Counted from the first letter of the stretch, positions 26,560 through 39,694 are shown. The stretch is DNA of 64,000 nt from Lama glama (GCA_028534125.1 CM052817.1:67086001-67150000), one strand, 5' to 3'. A program made the numbers and translations. The notes: a model not told the origin generated them from the letters alone.

Positions 26560-26870
26560 CTGTAAAATTGTTAACAGTCAGGGGAAATGTGAAATTAATC
26601 TCAGAATCAAATGACTTCAGAGCTTGATAGACTGGAGCAGTTGCTTAATCCATTTCTTGAGAAATACTGGTAGGAGAAAAGTGCAAATCATGTCATGAAT
26701 GGACTGGGAATAGGGCTGGAAGTGTGAAGATTTACTGGTGCACAGGTATCCATGTGAAAACAGACAAATTACAGCTTCTTGTGAAGAAAGGACCGTATGT
26801 CTTGTATGGTGCACTTCATCTAAAGATCATGGACTGATAGCTGGACAACGTTCAGCTGGTATAATCTTTA
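26560..26870 (+). mobile_element. CR1/L3 LINE ORF2 relic
   Basis: GAGCTTGATAGACTGGAGCAGTTG (ELDRLEQL) and GAAAAGTGCAAA (EKCK) resemble CR1 RT C-terminal motifs. Confidence 0.45.
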
Positions 26871-28444
26871 GGATCTGTGAGGTCTGGTTTAAGATGCAAA
26901 AGCAATATATAAAAAATACTGGAGAGAAGTTCTCTTCTGGGAATCTCTAAACTGTGCATGCCTTTCCTACCTATTTCCATGGATTTAAATAATTCTTTAA
27001 AACACAAAAATTTCTTCCAAAGAGGCTTTAGGCTTGAGGGGGAAAACAAAGTTCCTACTGGCAAACTCTAATACTAATTGCTAAAATCTATATTTAATAC
27101 TTCTTCATATGAAATCTTTCTTTTTGTATTTCATAAAGGTCTAGAAACAAACCAGCCAAAGTTATCGTATGTAAAAAAAGATGAATTTCCTACAAGTTAA
27201 TCACCACTTTTGTTCTATTAATTCTGTCGCACATTTGGAAGGTATACATTAGGAAACACCACTAATTTACTTCTTGGAAAAACATTAACTCTCTTACCCC
27301 AAATTTTATCCTTCAGAGATAAGGGATCCTCTGTGCTCTGTGACAGGACACATGTGTATTCATTAAATCTACCAGACACCTTCAGTTCTCTGTGGCATCA
27401 TTATATGGAAAGTCAATCTGGCAGGTTTCTCAGGGTTCTGGTCAATTTGAATCAGGGTTTCCTTCTTACTAGACCATACACTCAATGAATCTTAAATGTA
27501 CTTAAATATCTTCTGAAAATTAGCTCTCAGATCCATGCCATCTGTTGCATTTCAAATCCCTAAATTCATGTGTCCACTCATGTAAATATTCACTTTCTCT
27601 TCAGTAATAATGCTCCATCTTTTTCCAGTCTGTCTTTTCTTCCTTTAGGGTATTTAATTTGGATGGCTTCAGCTCAGCTCATTCTCACTGTCACTTCCAC
27701 ATAGTACATATATCCAATTTTCCAACTTTCAGGACTGTCTCTTCAGTTCTTTTCAAAAATAATCATAAGTTTCACCTCAGTATTTTTTTTTCTTGAGAGT
27801 TGCACACCTGGTTTACTCCTTGCCATCAATCTCCTTTCCAAACTAAATGTAAACACTGTTCCTAGATTTGCAATGATCTGTTTTCATTTTTTTTTAATTT
27901 TAAGGAATATCCATTTTAGACAGTCATCTTACCCAGTAAAAATCATGCCTGTCATGGTTGAGAAAAATGTTTGGTTATTAAGCCAACTTCTCACAGTCAT
28001 GATATAAACACAGACATCCTAAACACTTACTTCCTTAAAAATCGTATTTTTTTATGATATGAATGAGCAAGAAGATGTTTGTGTGTCCATGTAACTTCCA
28101 GCTGCTACAGAGAACTATCATACATTCTTTGCTATTTCTCTCTTCAGACTGTCAGACACATGACAGAAAAGGATATTGCCCTCGTTTCTTTAGCCCATAT
28201 GTCCTAGCATCAGGTCTATCATTTACACACTGTCACTTACTACGACTTTTATAGTTGTATTCTCTCTTGGGCATCTTCAGTGGGGAGAATGCTAAGACAC
28301 CAAGAAAATATTCTGATTTCTCATTTGTAAAAATCAATTCTCCAAACCTTAATCTTTTTCTGTGAAGAAAAATAGCACTTGTTTCTCCTGTGCTTTCAGT
28401 AAGTCAGAAGGAATTTTGCCTTGATCACTTTACGTCTCTATTGC

Positions 28445-28590
28445 ACGGTAGAAGAATAGCGGATTGGAAATCAGGGAACATGCATTCCAACCCTGACTAT
28501 CACAAACTCGTTTTCGAACTTTAAAAAAATGGTCCTTCCCTCATTGTTCCCAAAGATTGAATGGAGAAGTTGGACTATGCATCTTTCTCA
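28445..28590 (+). mobile_element. MIR/MIR3 fragment
   Basis: GTAGAAGAATAGCGGATTGGAAATCAGGGAACATGCATTCCAACCCTGACT...GTTGGACTA. Confidence 0.45.
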
Positions 28591-30029
28591 TGTATGAATC
28601 TATTCTTCATTTTCTCTCTCACAGAAGTAGGATTCTGAATATCTTATATTTAATTCATATGGTCACAGCTTTTAAAATATCTCCTCATGTTTCTCAGTTT
28701 ATGGGTTCTGATTGTTACAGTCCTGTTAGCAAATTATTTTATTCCTTTTTGGTCTCCTATCTCAGCACCAAGCTAATTAGAGCCATCTCAAAAAAATTTG
28801 GAATAAATCAGGATACCAATTGGTAACTAAGGAAACAATGAGTTAATTAGCAGTGATGTAAACTGTACATTCACAAATGATAACTTTGAACATTTATGCA
28901 CCCATTTCAAAAATAGAGCATTGGAAATACTGGGATAGATCTGAGAACATACTGTGCATTTGGTTCTGCATCTCAAACACCCTTCACATTCTCTGTCAGA
29001 CACTCACTTCCTAATTGTGTCGATAATTCCTCAAAGTTTATAAATTTGAAATGGTCATCTCATAACAGATTTCATATTTTTTCTTGTTAGTAGCATGCTA
29101 CTTGCTCTGTAATGACTTGTGTTCCCTCTTTGTGGCAGCAGGCAGAAAACCACAGTTAAGATGAAGTTTTAGATTAATGCATCCAAAAGTGAGACATTAC
29201 ATATGAAAGAAAAGATTCCAAAGACTCCTTTCAAAATGAAAGCAAAGTTTCTCTTTAATACGCAACAAGACTTCACCAGCTGGCTGCATTGCATGTACTT
29301 GGCATGCGGGTTGCTAAGTTTATTAGATATCTTATAATCATGGAAACTAAAGATAATGGAGCTGGTTCCCACACACTGCATCAACAAGAATTGGGAGTCA
29401 GTCAAGCTACAGATATATGATGGAGGAGTGAGTGAGCCAGTATGCTCAGGCAAAAAGGAATCAATCTGAAGCAGTTAAAGAGATATTGTCAAGTATCTGT
29501 AATATTTAGATTTTAATTCTTGTCTATTTTCCATTGGTTGCAATGGCCCTTTTGAAAGATTTACATAAGTTATGTTTCCCTTTGGATTATATTTTCTGTT
29601 CCAATTGGTCAAAATTCCGATTTTCCTCCACCCACTCCCACCCACTTTCATTTAACACTTAGGAAATGAAAGGACAGATTTTGGCATAATTTTATTTCTG
29701 GAGGTTGTTAAATATGTCATCAAAGTATTAGATAAAACAATATTAACTTATAATTTTTAAGTCAAAAAATAGTTCAATGATTTCATAGAGTTCAACTCGG
29801 ACACCCCAAGAAATAGTATTTATCTAATAATTGATTGTAAGATGTGCAGAGATGTCAAAGAGATTTTTCAGTACCAAGAATATGCATTTATAAAAGAGAT
29901 GCTTTTTTTTTGAGCTGGCAAATAATCTACAAGCTTGGATATTATCCAATGCATAGTCAATGTCCCTACCCCCAAACACTTAGAACAACATCTGGACTTG
30001 CCCAAATGTGTACTAATGTTGACTAATAG

Positions 30030-30130
30030 AGCCCGGCCTGGAATCAGTTTGGCCACTCTCTAGAAGTACGATTTGGGGCAAATTTCTTATCTTCTATGCA
30101 TCACATTTCTTCATCTGTAAGGTTGGGTGG
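30030..30130 (+). mobile_element. MIR fragment
   Basis: GGGCAAATTTCTTATCTTCTATGCATCACATTTCTTCATCTGTAA. Confidence 0.55.
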
Positions 30131-31140
30131 TTGGAAGACAGTTAAATACGTGAGCCCTAACATTTAAGAAATCTTTTGTAGTATACCCAGCATTCAAATT
30201 CTGGTAAAGTATTACCTGGAATATTTGGGGGTGCAGAGTTACAAGAGTAACGCAAAGAAAGTTGAAAGCATTAAATCAATCTTAACATTTTCAGATTGGG
30301 TACTTTGGGGCCTGTGTGTACCACTAGGCAGGAAAAATGACTTAGTTTGGCATGTGGGGTGAGGGGAAAAAGCATCCAAGAAATTAAATTGGATAAATTT
30401 AGATGTTTTGTGATTGTAGCTACTGAACATGTTTTATACTGGCAGAATATGCTCTCTGATATTGGAATACCGTCAAAATCCATTTAAATCATGCCAGAGA
30501 AATGTTAAATGGTGATGAGAGGGCTGGAATTTAAGCTGATAAGAGTAGTAAAGACCGACTCACACTGACACATTTGATGAGGGAACCTGACCCAGCAGAT
30601 CACTCAAGGAAGGGAAGAGTCTTCATGTGACAGCTTTATCCCAGAATTCACAAGGGGGTGACACTTTGGCAAGAAGCTGTTCCCACCCCCAACCCCAGCC
30701 CCTGCTGGAACACTTGAGGTTTTACAGTCAAATCACATCCAAGGGAAGAACCAGTCTAATTTATAATCTGTGAGAAATGTGAAGATAATAGTATAAATTT
30801 GTATGACTCCTAACTGAAATGCCAACTTTGTATGTAAGTGATGAAATTTTTTTCTTTAAAAAGGTATTAGTAATTAACTTGCCAAAAGTAGATCATTTTC
30901 CCCTTTTTGTGTAAACTGGATAAAGAGGAAAAGAGAGTCTATGTAGGAAAGAAGGAAGAAAGAAAAAAGAAGAGGGGAAGAGAGAAAAAAGTCATAAAGT
31001 CAGAGATGATAGAAATGGAGGTGAGCAAGTGAGGGTAGAAAGAAGAAAAGACAGAAGGAATCTCCCCTTCCCCTCAATAAAAGGGAAAGATAGAAGAAGG
31101 AAGCAGCTAAGGATGGTAAAAGAAGCAGGCAAGGTAGCCA

Positions 31141-31420
31141 GGTGGGTGGCGTCATCCCATCAGTTGAAGGGCTGAATAGAACAAAAGGCTGATCCTCCCC
31201 CAAATAGAAGAGGATTCTCCTGCCTAACAGCCTTGAAGCTGAGACATCAGCTCTTCCTGATTCTACAACAGCCTGCCAGCCTTCAGACTTGAACTGCGAT
31301 ATTGATTCTGCAAGTCTGGACATGCCAGCCTCATTTTGATGTGATCCAATTCCTTATTATAACACTTCCTCCATGTGTATCTCCTACTGGTTTATTGCTG
31401 GGGAGAACCTTGACTATTAG
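31141..31420 (+). mobile_element. MLT2 (ERVL) LTR fragment
   Basis: CATCCCATCAGTTGAAGGGCTGAATAGAACAAAAGGCTGA...GGAGAACCTTGACTA. Confidence 0.82.
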
Positions 31421-31844
31421 AGGACACTTAACTCTTCCATAGATTTAAAACTAAGCCTAATGAAGGAAACTGATTTGCTATTTCAACATTTACCACCAAA
31501 AGCTGTCCTGACCGCAAAAGCATGAATTGTAGTATACAGGGTCTGTAAACAAGGAGAAGTTAGTGTTTGTGCATACGTGGTTTACAAAGGCACGAATTCA
31601 AGAGCTTCCTATTAGATATTCTGCATGGCATCAGTCTGCAAGTGAAACCCTGCTATTTATTCTGTGATCATGAGAGGTGGACTCAAGGACACAGGGCAAA
31701 AACATGGTGCTACAGTGTTCACATTAGAGGGTATAAGTGTACCCACTGTTGAGTTCTATTAATAAACGCCCTGCATATCAGTTAGTAACTAAGGCAAGAT
31801 TTCCCATTTCATGTGCTACCCCTTCAAAGCTTTTGAATTAGAAC

Positions 31845-31920
31845 ATTCAGGGAGAATCTGTATTTTTTAGCAATAACTTCAAGGTGATTTTGATACACAC
31901 TATAGTATAAGAACAATTGA
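31845..31920. mobile_element. MER5A-like hAT fragment
   Basis: GAATCTGTATTTTTTAGCAA...AGGTGATTTTGATACACACTATAGTATAAGAAC. Confidence 0.5.
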
Positions 31921-32870
31921 CCCAAGGTGAAAAAGCTAACACCTAGCATAAAGGAACTCATCCAAAAAACAAACAGATGTGGGGGAAGGGAAGAAAGCTA
32001 AGTAAATATCCCACAGTGTTAGAACTAAGTGAGGGTAAGTGTTTTTGTGCTACTGTGTGTACTGACAGCAGATAACAGCTGGTGTAGGTATTAATCATTA
32101 ACTTAAAGTAGATTAAAATAAGTTAAAAGCTGAGAGGAAGAGCCTCAACATGTACTGGTGGTCAGGCAACAGACTGAAGCCTGCAAATGCATGGCCATAT
32201 TTTCAAATATTCTTTTAAAATTAAAAATGACTAAGAAGTGCGAGAATCACTCCATGGGAGAGGTCATATAAAGTAAACTGAAAACAGATATGGACCAGAT
32301 TCTTTAATTGCAACTTGTTTCCTTTCTTTCAGGAAGGAAAAAAAAATCAACATACTGAAAATGATAAGAAGTGGCATCATGGAAATGAAGCCCCTCATAG
32401 GACAAAAGGTAATTAGAGTTCACTTCTTCTGGATCACTGAAGGAGCGTCTGACTGCTGCGCCCTTACACACATACACCTGTGCCGACAGCACTACGTACT
32501 GCAAGTCATAAAATCTGCTGTGCACCCTTACATGTCTGGGTCTGGCCAGGAAGCCAAGGCCATCTTCCTACCAGTCCTTTCATTTTGCTGAACACAATTT
32601 TCCCTTCAAAATTTTGCCCAAGCATCTCCATCTCCAAGAAATGTCATGTATTATGTGGAGCTAATTCCCTGGCAGTTCTTTTATAGCACTTGTAATCCCA
32701 TATTCGTGTATAAACTCTTTTTGTAATTTTTGTTTTATTAATTCAGTTCTCCCTCAAATCTGAAATTCCAAAATTTTAAGAAATGATGTTTCTTTTCTTT
32801 ATATTCTTAACCAATACTACAGTGCAGGGAGCAGAACATAGTTCAATATATTATAAACATACACACACAT

Positions 32871-33243
32871 TATATGAGTTTCCTAGACCTGCCATAAAAA
32901 AATACCGTAGACTGAGTGGCTTAAGCAACAGGATATTATTTTCTCACAGTATTGGAGGCTAGAAATCCCCAAGATTGAATTGCTGACGGCTTGGTTTCTT
33001 CTGAAACCTTTCTCCTTGGTTTGCAAATGGCCGCGTTCTCCCGTGTCCTCACGAAGGCTCTTCCCTGTGCGTGCGCATCCCTGGTATCTCTGTGTGGTGT
33101 AAGGTCCTCTTACCAGGAAGACACCAGTCAGACTGGATTAAGTTCCAGCCTAAGGGCCTCCTTTTAACTTAATTGCCTTTTTTGAGGTACTGGGGATTAA
33201 AGCTTCAACAATATGAATCTGGGGGACACAATTCAGTCATATA
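32871..33243 (-). mobile_element. MaLR solo LTR (MLT1A/B-like)
   Basis: AAATACCGTAGACTGAGTGGCTTAAGCAACAG...GGGGGACACAATTCAGTC; lies within L2-like sequence. Confidence 0.85.
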
Positions 33244-33499
33244 TATTATATATAATGAATAAATGAATGATAGAATAAATTAATGGATTAAATACCAATG
33301 TATTGAACTTGTGACTGTTACCACAAATCAATGCTTAATAAAAACTAAAATAAATGGGAATTCGAGAATATGCAGATGGAAATGTGCACATCTTGCTCTA
33401 ATACTCAAAGGTCGGGCAAGGAAAGTTGCTTGCAACAGCTGTAGCGGAAGAGGTACGTTAGCCTCATAGAGCTTTATGTGCTGGCCGGTTCACAATTCC

Positions 33500-33920
33500 A
33501 GCCTCTTCCTTCCCCACCTGTACACTCCCTTCACTCCAGCCACAGAAAACCAACTCATTCTGATTACAGTCCATATTTTTTTCTGTTTCTATTTTTGTCA
33601 GTTATTTCCTTTAGGCTAAACACTCTTCCTCCTCAGTGAGGCTCTATTTTATCTATCCTTCAGGTTTTGGCTTAAATATTCAATTTTTACGTTTTTAGAA
33701 AATATTCACTAACTCATCCTCCTCCTCTCACACAGTCTGAGTTATATGTCATTATAAATTTGATCCATAATTGAATTTATTACATTGTATTATAATTGTC
33801 TTCTTTCCCATAATCCCTGCTGGATTCACAACTCCAGAAGCTATGTTTTACTTGTCCATAAAAGTTTTTCCATCATATCATGTATTAAAATACATAAAAC
33901 ATAGCAGTTATTCAATAAAG
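33500..33920 (+). mobile_element. L2 3' fragment
   Basis: CTTCACTCCAGCCACAG...TCCTTCAGGTTTTGGCTTAAATAT...ATAGCAGTTATTCAATAAA. Confidence 0.55.
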
Positions 33921-34589
33921 ATCTGTTAAACACACGAGTGTAAAAATATATATGACAGAACAGAAGCATCAACCCTAGGAACCGATAAGGGTTCACTGAG
34001 AACAAGCCACGCAGAAGTAACTGCCTTCCTGTTTCGCAGGGATACACGGTGAGTGGAATGTGAAGAATGGTTTCAGCAATTTATAAGGCAAAATATCTAA
34101 TTATCTTTACTTATATTAAAGGTATAGAAATACTAAGTAATAGTGCAGTTACCTGAATTCATAACAAGTTTTTAAAAATCTTTGCAAAAAGGAGAAATTA
34201 ATGGAGTCATGACAATCCAAGGTGAGCCCTTTGGTGACAAGTCACAATTTCCTTCATTAGCTCTGTCCTATTGAATGCTTTTATCGATTAAGCAAATCTT
34301 ATTAGGGATTTGTTTATTACAGTGGAATGGTTAGTCGATCAGATGGTAGGTTCAGTGTTAAAGTGATTTCAGGAGATTTAAAATGTTATAATTTAAGAAA
34401 TACAGTTGAATTTTAAGATTGAAATGCTAAGGATTGAATTTAGTTGTTAATGTTAGTTATATAAACAAAATATGAAAAATATCTATTTTTATTTACCTGG
34501 AAGTGCAACATAAGAAAGCAATATAATACAGCTGCACATTTTACTCTAATCTAAATATAGAATTAATTCACTTTAGAAACTATTCATAA

Positions 34590-34800
34590 TAATAGCCTAT
34601 GGTTTTTGAATATATTTAGATATCAGCCCTGTGCTAAATATTTTGTATACATTATATGAGTTAATTTACTCAATAGCCGTACAATGTAAGTTCTATAATT
34701 TTTCCTACTTTAGCATTGCGAAAGCTGTGATTTAAAAGTCTAATTTACTCATTCACACTCGCACAGGTAATACATTGTAGAAAGAATTTTGAGCCTATGT
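34590..34800 (-). mobile_element. MIR fragment
   Basis: CCCTGTGCTAAATATTTTGTATACATTATATGAGTTAATTTACTCAATAGCC. Confidence 0.55.
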
Positions 34801-35496
34801 CTTTATGTTTTCTGATGTCATAATTTTAAGTGCAGTTGAATTCACAATTAAAATACAGACCTATACAGCTTAGTGTGAATCTGAACTTCAAGGCAACATT
34901 CTATTTAAGCATCTTCAACTTTTCTCAGCTGAAATTTGGGGTGCTATAATTTGAAGAAGCATGTTCATATCTTTCCTCATTCTACAAGTTATTTCTGAAA
35001 TATTTTAGCACATTTAGAAACAGTGCTTTCATTTTCAAAGGACCTTTTTTTTTCAGAGACAGAGAGGTAGAGGTAGGGAGTCACATAGCACTTCCATGTT
35101 TTGAATGCCAAAAGTGGTGGCTGGTTTGTGTTTTTTAAAGCAGACTAAAAGATCCTCATACTGCTGACTTTGTGCTCTTGTTCACTTTCATTTTCTTTTA
35201 TTTAATTTAAAGCAGTTAACCAGCTGCACCCTCACTGAGTCTGGAAGATACAGTCTCATACATGACCACACTTCTAACATACGTTTTTAAGAATAAATTA
35301 TACCAGTTTTAAGAATAATGATTCAATTGTTTTCCAGATCCCTATAATTATATAAAATCTGAATAAATATTTTATATTGCTTCTACATGTTATGATTCAT
35401 CAGTTCTTTATATTTAGATTCTCGTGTTTCACCAAAGCAGGAAATTTCTCTGATCCAATTTCTCAAGTCCAGTAAAACTAAAAGCAGCATAAAATT

Positions 35497-35662
35497 CTGG
35501 GGGTTTTGTTTTGTTTTGTTTTTGTTTTTCTTTTGTGGAGAAGGGGAAGGTAATTAGGTTTATGTATGTATTTATTTATTTTTTGATGGTGGTACTGGGG
35601 ATTGAACCCAGCACCTTGTGCATGCTAAGCACACACTCTACCACTGAGCTATACCCTCCTCC
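35497..35662 (-). mobile_element. Vic-1-like SINE (copy A)
   Basis: Antisense head GGTACTGGGGATTGAACCCAGCACC...CTACCACTGAGCTATACCCTCC with T-rich tail. Confidence 0.9.
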
Positions 35663-35686
35663 AATAATCTTTCTCCATTAAAAAAA

Positions 35687-35777
35687 ATTTTTTTTATTAA
35701 TTGAGGTACTAGAGATTTAACCCAGGACCTCATGCATGCTAAGCATGTGCTCTACCACCAGACTATTATCACCCCCC
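35687..35777 (-). mobile_element. Vic-1-like SINE (copy B, more diverged)
   Basis: GAGGTACTAGAGATTTAACCCAGGACCTCATGCATGCTAAGCATGTGCTCTACCAC. Confidence 0.85.
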
Positions 35778-36976
35778 GAAAACAGCATAAATTTGTAAGT
35801 AAAAATAGATATCTGACTAAAGTCAATTAATAATTAAAGCTTTTATCCTATTAATCTACCTTGAAACTAAATTGTATAACTTTCCATTATCTCCAAGTTT
35901 TCTCTAGTGCACCATTTTCCCTGACCCACTAGAATCCTGTAACCAGCACATTGGCTACAAACACCAGGGACCATCTCCTTCCTTTCTCTTTTTCCCCTCT
36001 TTTTTATGCTTCGTGGGTTCAGTCCTGAGTGCTTCTAAGAGTTAACTGAAATGCTTTTTATCTGAGATGGATTCATCAATACCCACCTGGTGTTTCTGAA
36101 GTAATTATCATTGACTTAATACATCATCTTAATTGAGTCATTTATTTACTAAATTCACTACCCCAAACACAACTAAAAATCTAATAAGTAAGTAAAAAAA
36201 GTAAAAGAATGCAAAGAAGGCAAAATCGTTGTCCTGATATTTTTTTTAATCTTTGGACTAGAGGCTGTGTGTTTTGCCAAAGAGAAATGCACTTTGCTCT
36301 TTCCTCCGAACATACTCACTTTATTTGGATCTTACATTTTAAAAATTGGTTCTAATGATTATCCTTTTAAACTCATTTCTTCTCAATGATATGTTTATTT
36401 TTGTCCGATGAATTTACTGGTAAGCACCCCACAACACAAATGCCTAATTTTGTTTGCACACACAGTCATAACAATGAAAGAGTTTGCCTTTGCAAGTTTA
36501 TTTTGTTGATTTTAATAAACATTTATATGATTGTGGTCAAAATTTAAGTTGCTGAAATAATTGGTATTTTGGGTGCCAGGGCTTCTAAAAAGGGAGTAAA
36601 TCATTCTATATACTTTAAAACTGAATACGGATTTTTAACATAGGTCAATATAAACTTAGTCAATTTTCACATTAACAGTATCTGTTAAATTAGCTACGTA
36701 TGGTAGAAAAATGTAGCTCACGTTATTTACATATATTGAGAGGATAATATTCCACGTCGCCCCTTACGACGACCATGCATTAAAGCCACTGAATCAACCT
36801 GGTCCTTTAAATTTTAAACTCTGTTGTGTCAACATAAAAAGTCTGTTAATTTTGTGAATCTCACCCTTTTAGATTTTACTGATATTATTCTAATTCATTA
36901 ATTTCAGAGGAGGCCTTAGCATAGAAGAAACTTGTAACTGGGGTTTCATATGTTTATTTAAAAACGTTTTCTCTGA

Positions 36977-37167
36977 GATTTGCAGACAGTAAGTACTATA
37001 TATAAAATACATAAACAATAGGTTTATACTGTATAGCACAGGCAACTATAGTCAATATCTTGTAGTAACCTATAATGACAAAGAATAAGAAAAGGAATAT
37101 GTACGTGTATGACTGACACATTATGCATCAGAAATTGACACAACATTGTAAACTGACTATATGTCAA

Positions 37168-37210
<43 letters not shown>
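36977..37210 (+). mobile_element. Short L1 3' UTR with (TAAA)n tail
   Basis: Same 3' UTR type as 8330-8550; degenerate TSD AAAACGTTTTCTCTGA / AAAAGTGTTTCCTCTGA. Confidence 0.88.
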
Positions 37211-37212
<2 letters not shown>

Positions 37213-37514
37213 AAGTGTTTCCTCTGACTTAACAATGGAATAATGTCTGGGTTCAGAATACATCATGGTTTGAAAGAGAACTTTTCTTGTTTTTTTACAT
37301 AAAATCAATACTCTATGTTTTATATTATATACTCATCTGACGTGGCATGGTGGGACAACTCCCTTGCCTTCAAAAATCAGCAGATATTTTAATATATAAT
37401 ATATATCCATTTTGGTTTAAAACATCTTTAAGTTTAGTTCTATCAAGACTCTAAAGCTTTCCAACGAGGATATGAGAGGAACTGATTCCTCACATCCCGT
37501 CTTGATTGCTGTGA

Positions 37515-38260
37515 AGACTCTCCAGTCTTTGAAGCAAGTTGCAGTTCGGTTACACCTTAATTGTGCAATTACATAATTTAAAATATAGCTTGTTTCATTA
37601 AAATTGATACTCTTATTAGCTCAAAAGTGATTTTCCAGCCAACACTGAAGGAACTCCATGATAACCAATTAATTAAGCTTCAAAGAATTATACCTGTGGA
37701 ATTTATAAAGGCAAAGGCAATACCTCAAGCCAATAACCAACATTACCCTGCTATGCTCATGGAATCACCAGAGTGGCCTGGAGTAAGGAAAGGATGTGTT
37801 TGTTTACAGTGGGCAGTCATGAATACCTTGCTATGGCTGATTACCACTCTGACTACTAGAAAATGGAGCTGTTGTACACAACAGCATCTGATCTGCTGCA
37901 CTGGGGTACTGCAGTGCCCAGATTGCCTGTTACGGAATTCCTGAGACTATTTGCCAGCAATAGACTTCATTTTGCCAATGGGTAATTTGCGGTTCGCTGT
38001 GTCATCAGAATCTGAACATGTCACATCTTCTCCTCATCACAGCCAATCCAATGGCAAAGTGCTCCTGAAGCAGCTGTCAAGAAAGCCAAAAAAACCCCAA
38101 ACAACTATAGAGAAAGTGCAAAGTGACAGCAGATGCTATGCAAATCAGCAGTGGACACGGAATACGCACTGGCAGAAATAACGTCCGGACCTCTGTGGTT
38201 CCTGACACCATTTACTGTGGAGACAATGCGGTTCTGCCGCGGATGAAATATCACAGGTGG
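37515..38260 (+). mobile_element. Ancient Ty3/Gypsy pol fossil (linker, zinc finger and integrase core), frameshifted
   Basis: Colinear fragments across frames: KTLQSLKQV; LKELHDNQ; TCGI; WSKERMCLFTVGSHEYLAMADYHSDY*; ACYGIPETI; EHVTSSPHHSQSNGK; EAAVKKAK; RNT. Confidence 0.85.
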
Positions 38261-39267
38261 ATAAATCAAAGACCCTGTGAAAAATGAGGAGGGGCTTGAA
38301 AAGAGAAATGGTAAGTGCTAGCTTATATTCTAAAATGTTACCTGTACACTGGAGAGAAATCACAAAGCATACTTTTAGTAATTATTTCAGAAAAAAAGTG
38401 TATTGCTACAACTAAGATTTAAAATTGTTTGTCATCAGAAGAAAGTTCTATTAAGTAGATTATGTCAATGCTATTCAATGCTATTTGAAATGCCCTTGTA
38501 ATTTCTGCATCATTCTGACCTAAAACAAAATCTTTATTTAAAAAATGATACATGAAATGTATTTGTACTCTGTACATTTCTGGTTTTTCAGTTGCCTTAA
38601 TTTTTTCTTACAAAGTATTGAAATACGTTATTTTGAGCATAGCCAGAATCATTGCTAAATTATCGAATCTTTGAATTGTAAGAAACTTAAGAAGCTATAT
38701 TTTTACAAGAATCTACTCCTCATGGAAAGCCCCTTTATAAATCCTTAGTAAGTAGTCATTTATTATTATATTATTTGTTATTATATTATTACTAATAAAT
38801 TATATTATTAAATTTGCATATATCTGAGTTGGGGAGGTCTCATTCCCTCTTGAGAAAACCCATCGCTTTTTAATAACAATTATAATCAGCCAACATCATA
38901 AATTATGCCAAAATTTGCTATTTGTGACTTCTGTTGACTGGTCACAGAGACACGGAATCTCCAGTGTTTCTTCCTCTTCTACTCATGTGTTCCCCAGGTT
39001 CAGTCACCGAGGTCTAGCATGACCAGCCCTGTCTCCAGTGACTGCCTTGGTGTCTATTCCCCCCTTTCGTTCCTGTGCCACCTCCCTAACTGTACATTTC
39101 TCACCGCTGTCAGAATTAGTGGAATAGATTCCCGAGTGAGCTCTCAATCAGCTAGTTTTAGCTTATTGGCTCTACAGTTTTCACTAATACCAGAACCACC
39201 TTATTTCTATGACAGTTTGAGTTCTTCTAGAAAATTAGGTGGACTACAAGAATAAAGACAAAATTCC

Positions 39268-39672
39268 TTTTTTTTTCCTTTTTTAATTGAAGTATGGTTA
39301 GTTTACAGTGTGTCAATTTCTGGTGTACAGTGTAATGCTTCAGTCATACATATACATACATATATTCATTTTCATATTCTTTGTCATTATAGGTTACTAC
39401 AAGATATTGAATATAGTTCCCTGAGCTATACAGTATAAACTTGTTGTTTATCTGTTTTACACATGGTAGTTAGTACCTGCAAATCCCAAACCCCTAATTT
39501 ATCCCTGCCCACCCCTTTTCCCCCCGGTAACCGTCAGTTTGTTTTCTATGAATTACTGTTTTGTGAGTAAGTTCATTTGTGTCTCTTTTTTTCGATTCCA
39601 CATGTAAGTGATATTATATGGTATTTTTCTTTCTCTTTCTAGCTTACTTTGCTTAAAATGATGATCTCCAGG
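39268..39672 (-). mobile_element. L1 3' UTR fragment
   Basis: T-rich tail then TTGAAGTATGGTTAGTTTACAGTGTGTCAATTTCTGGTGTACAG...GATTCCACATGTAAGTGAT. Confidence 0.9.
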
Positions 39673-39694
39673 TTTTAGGTAAGATAACACCGGT

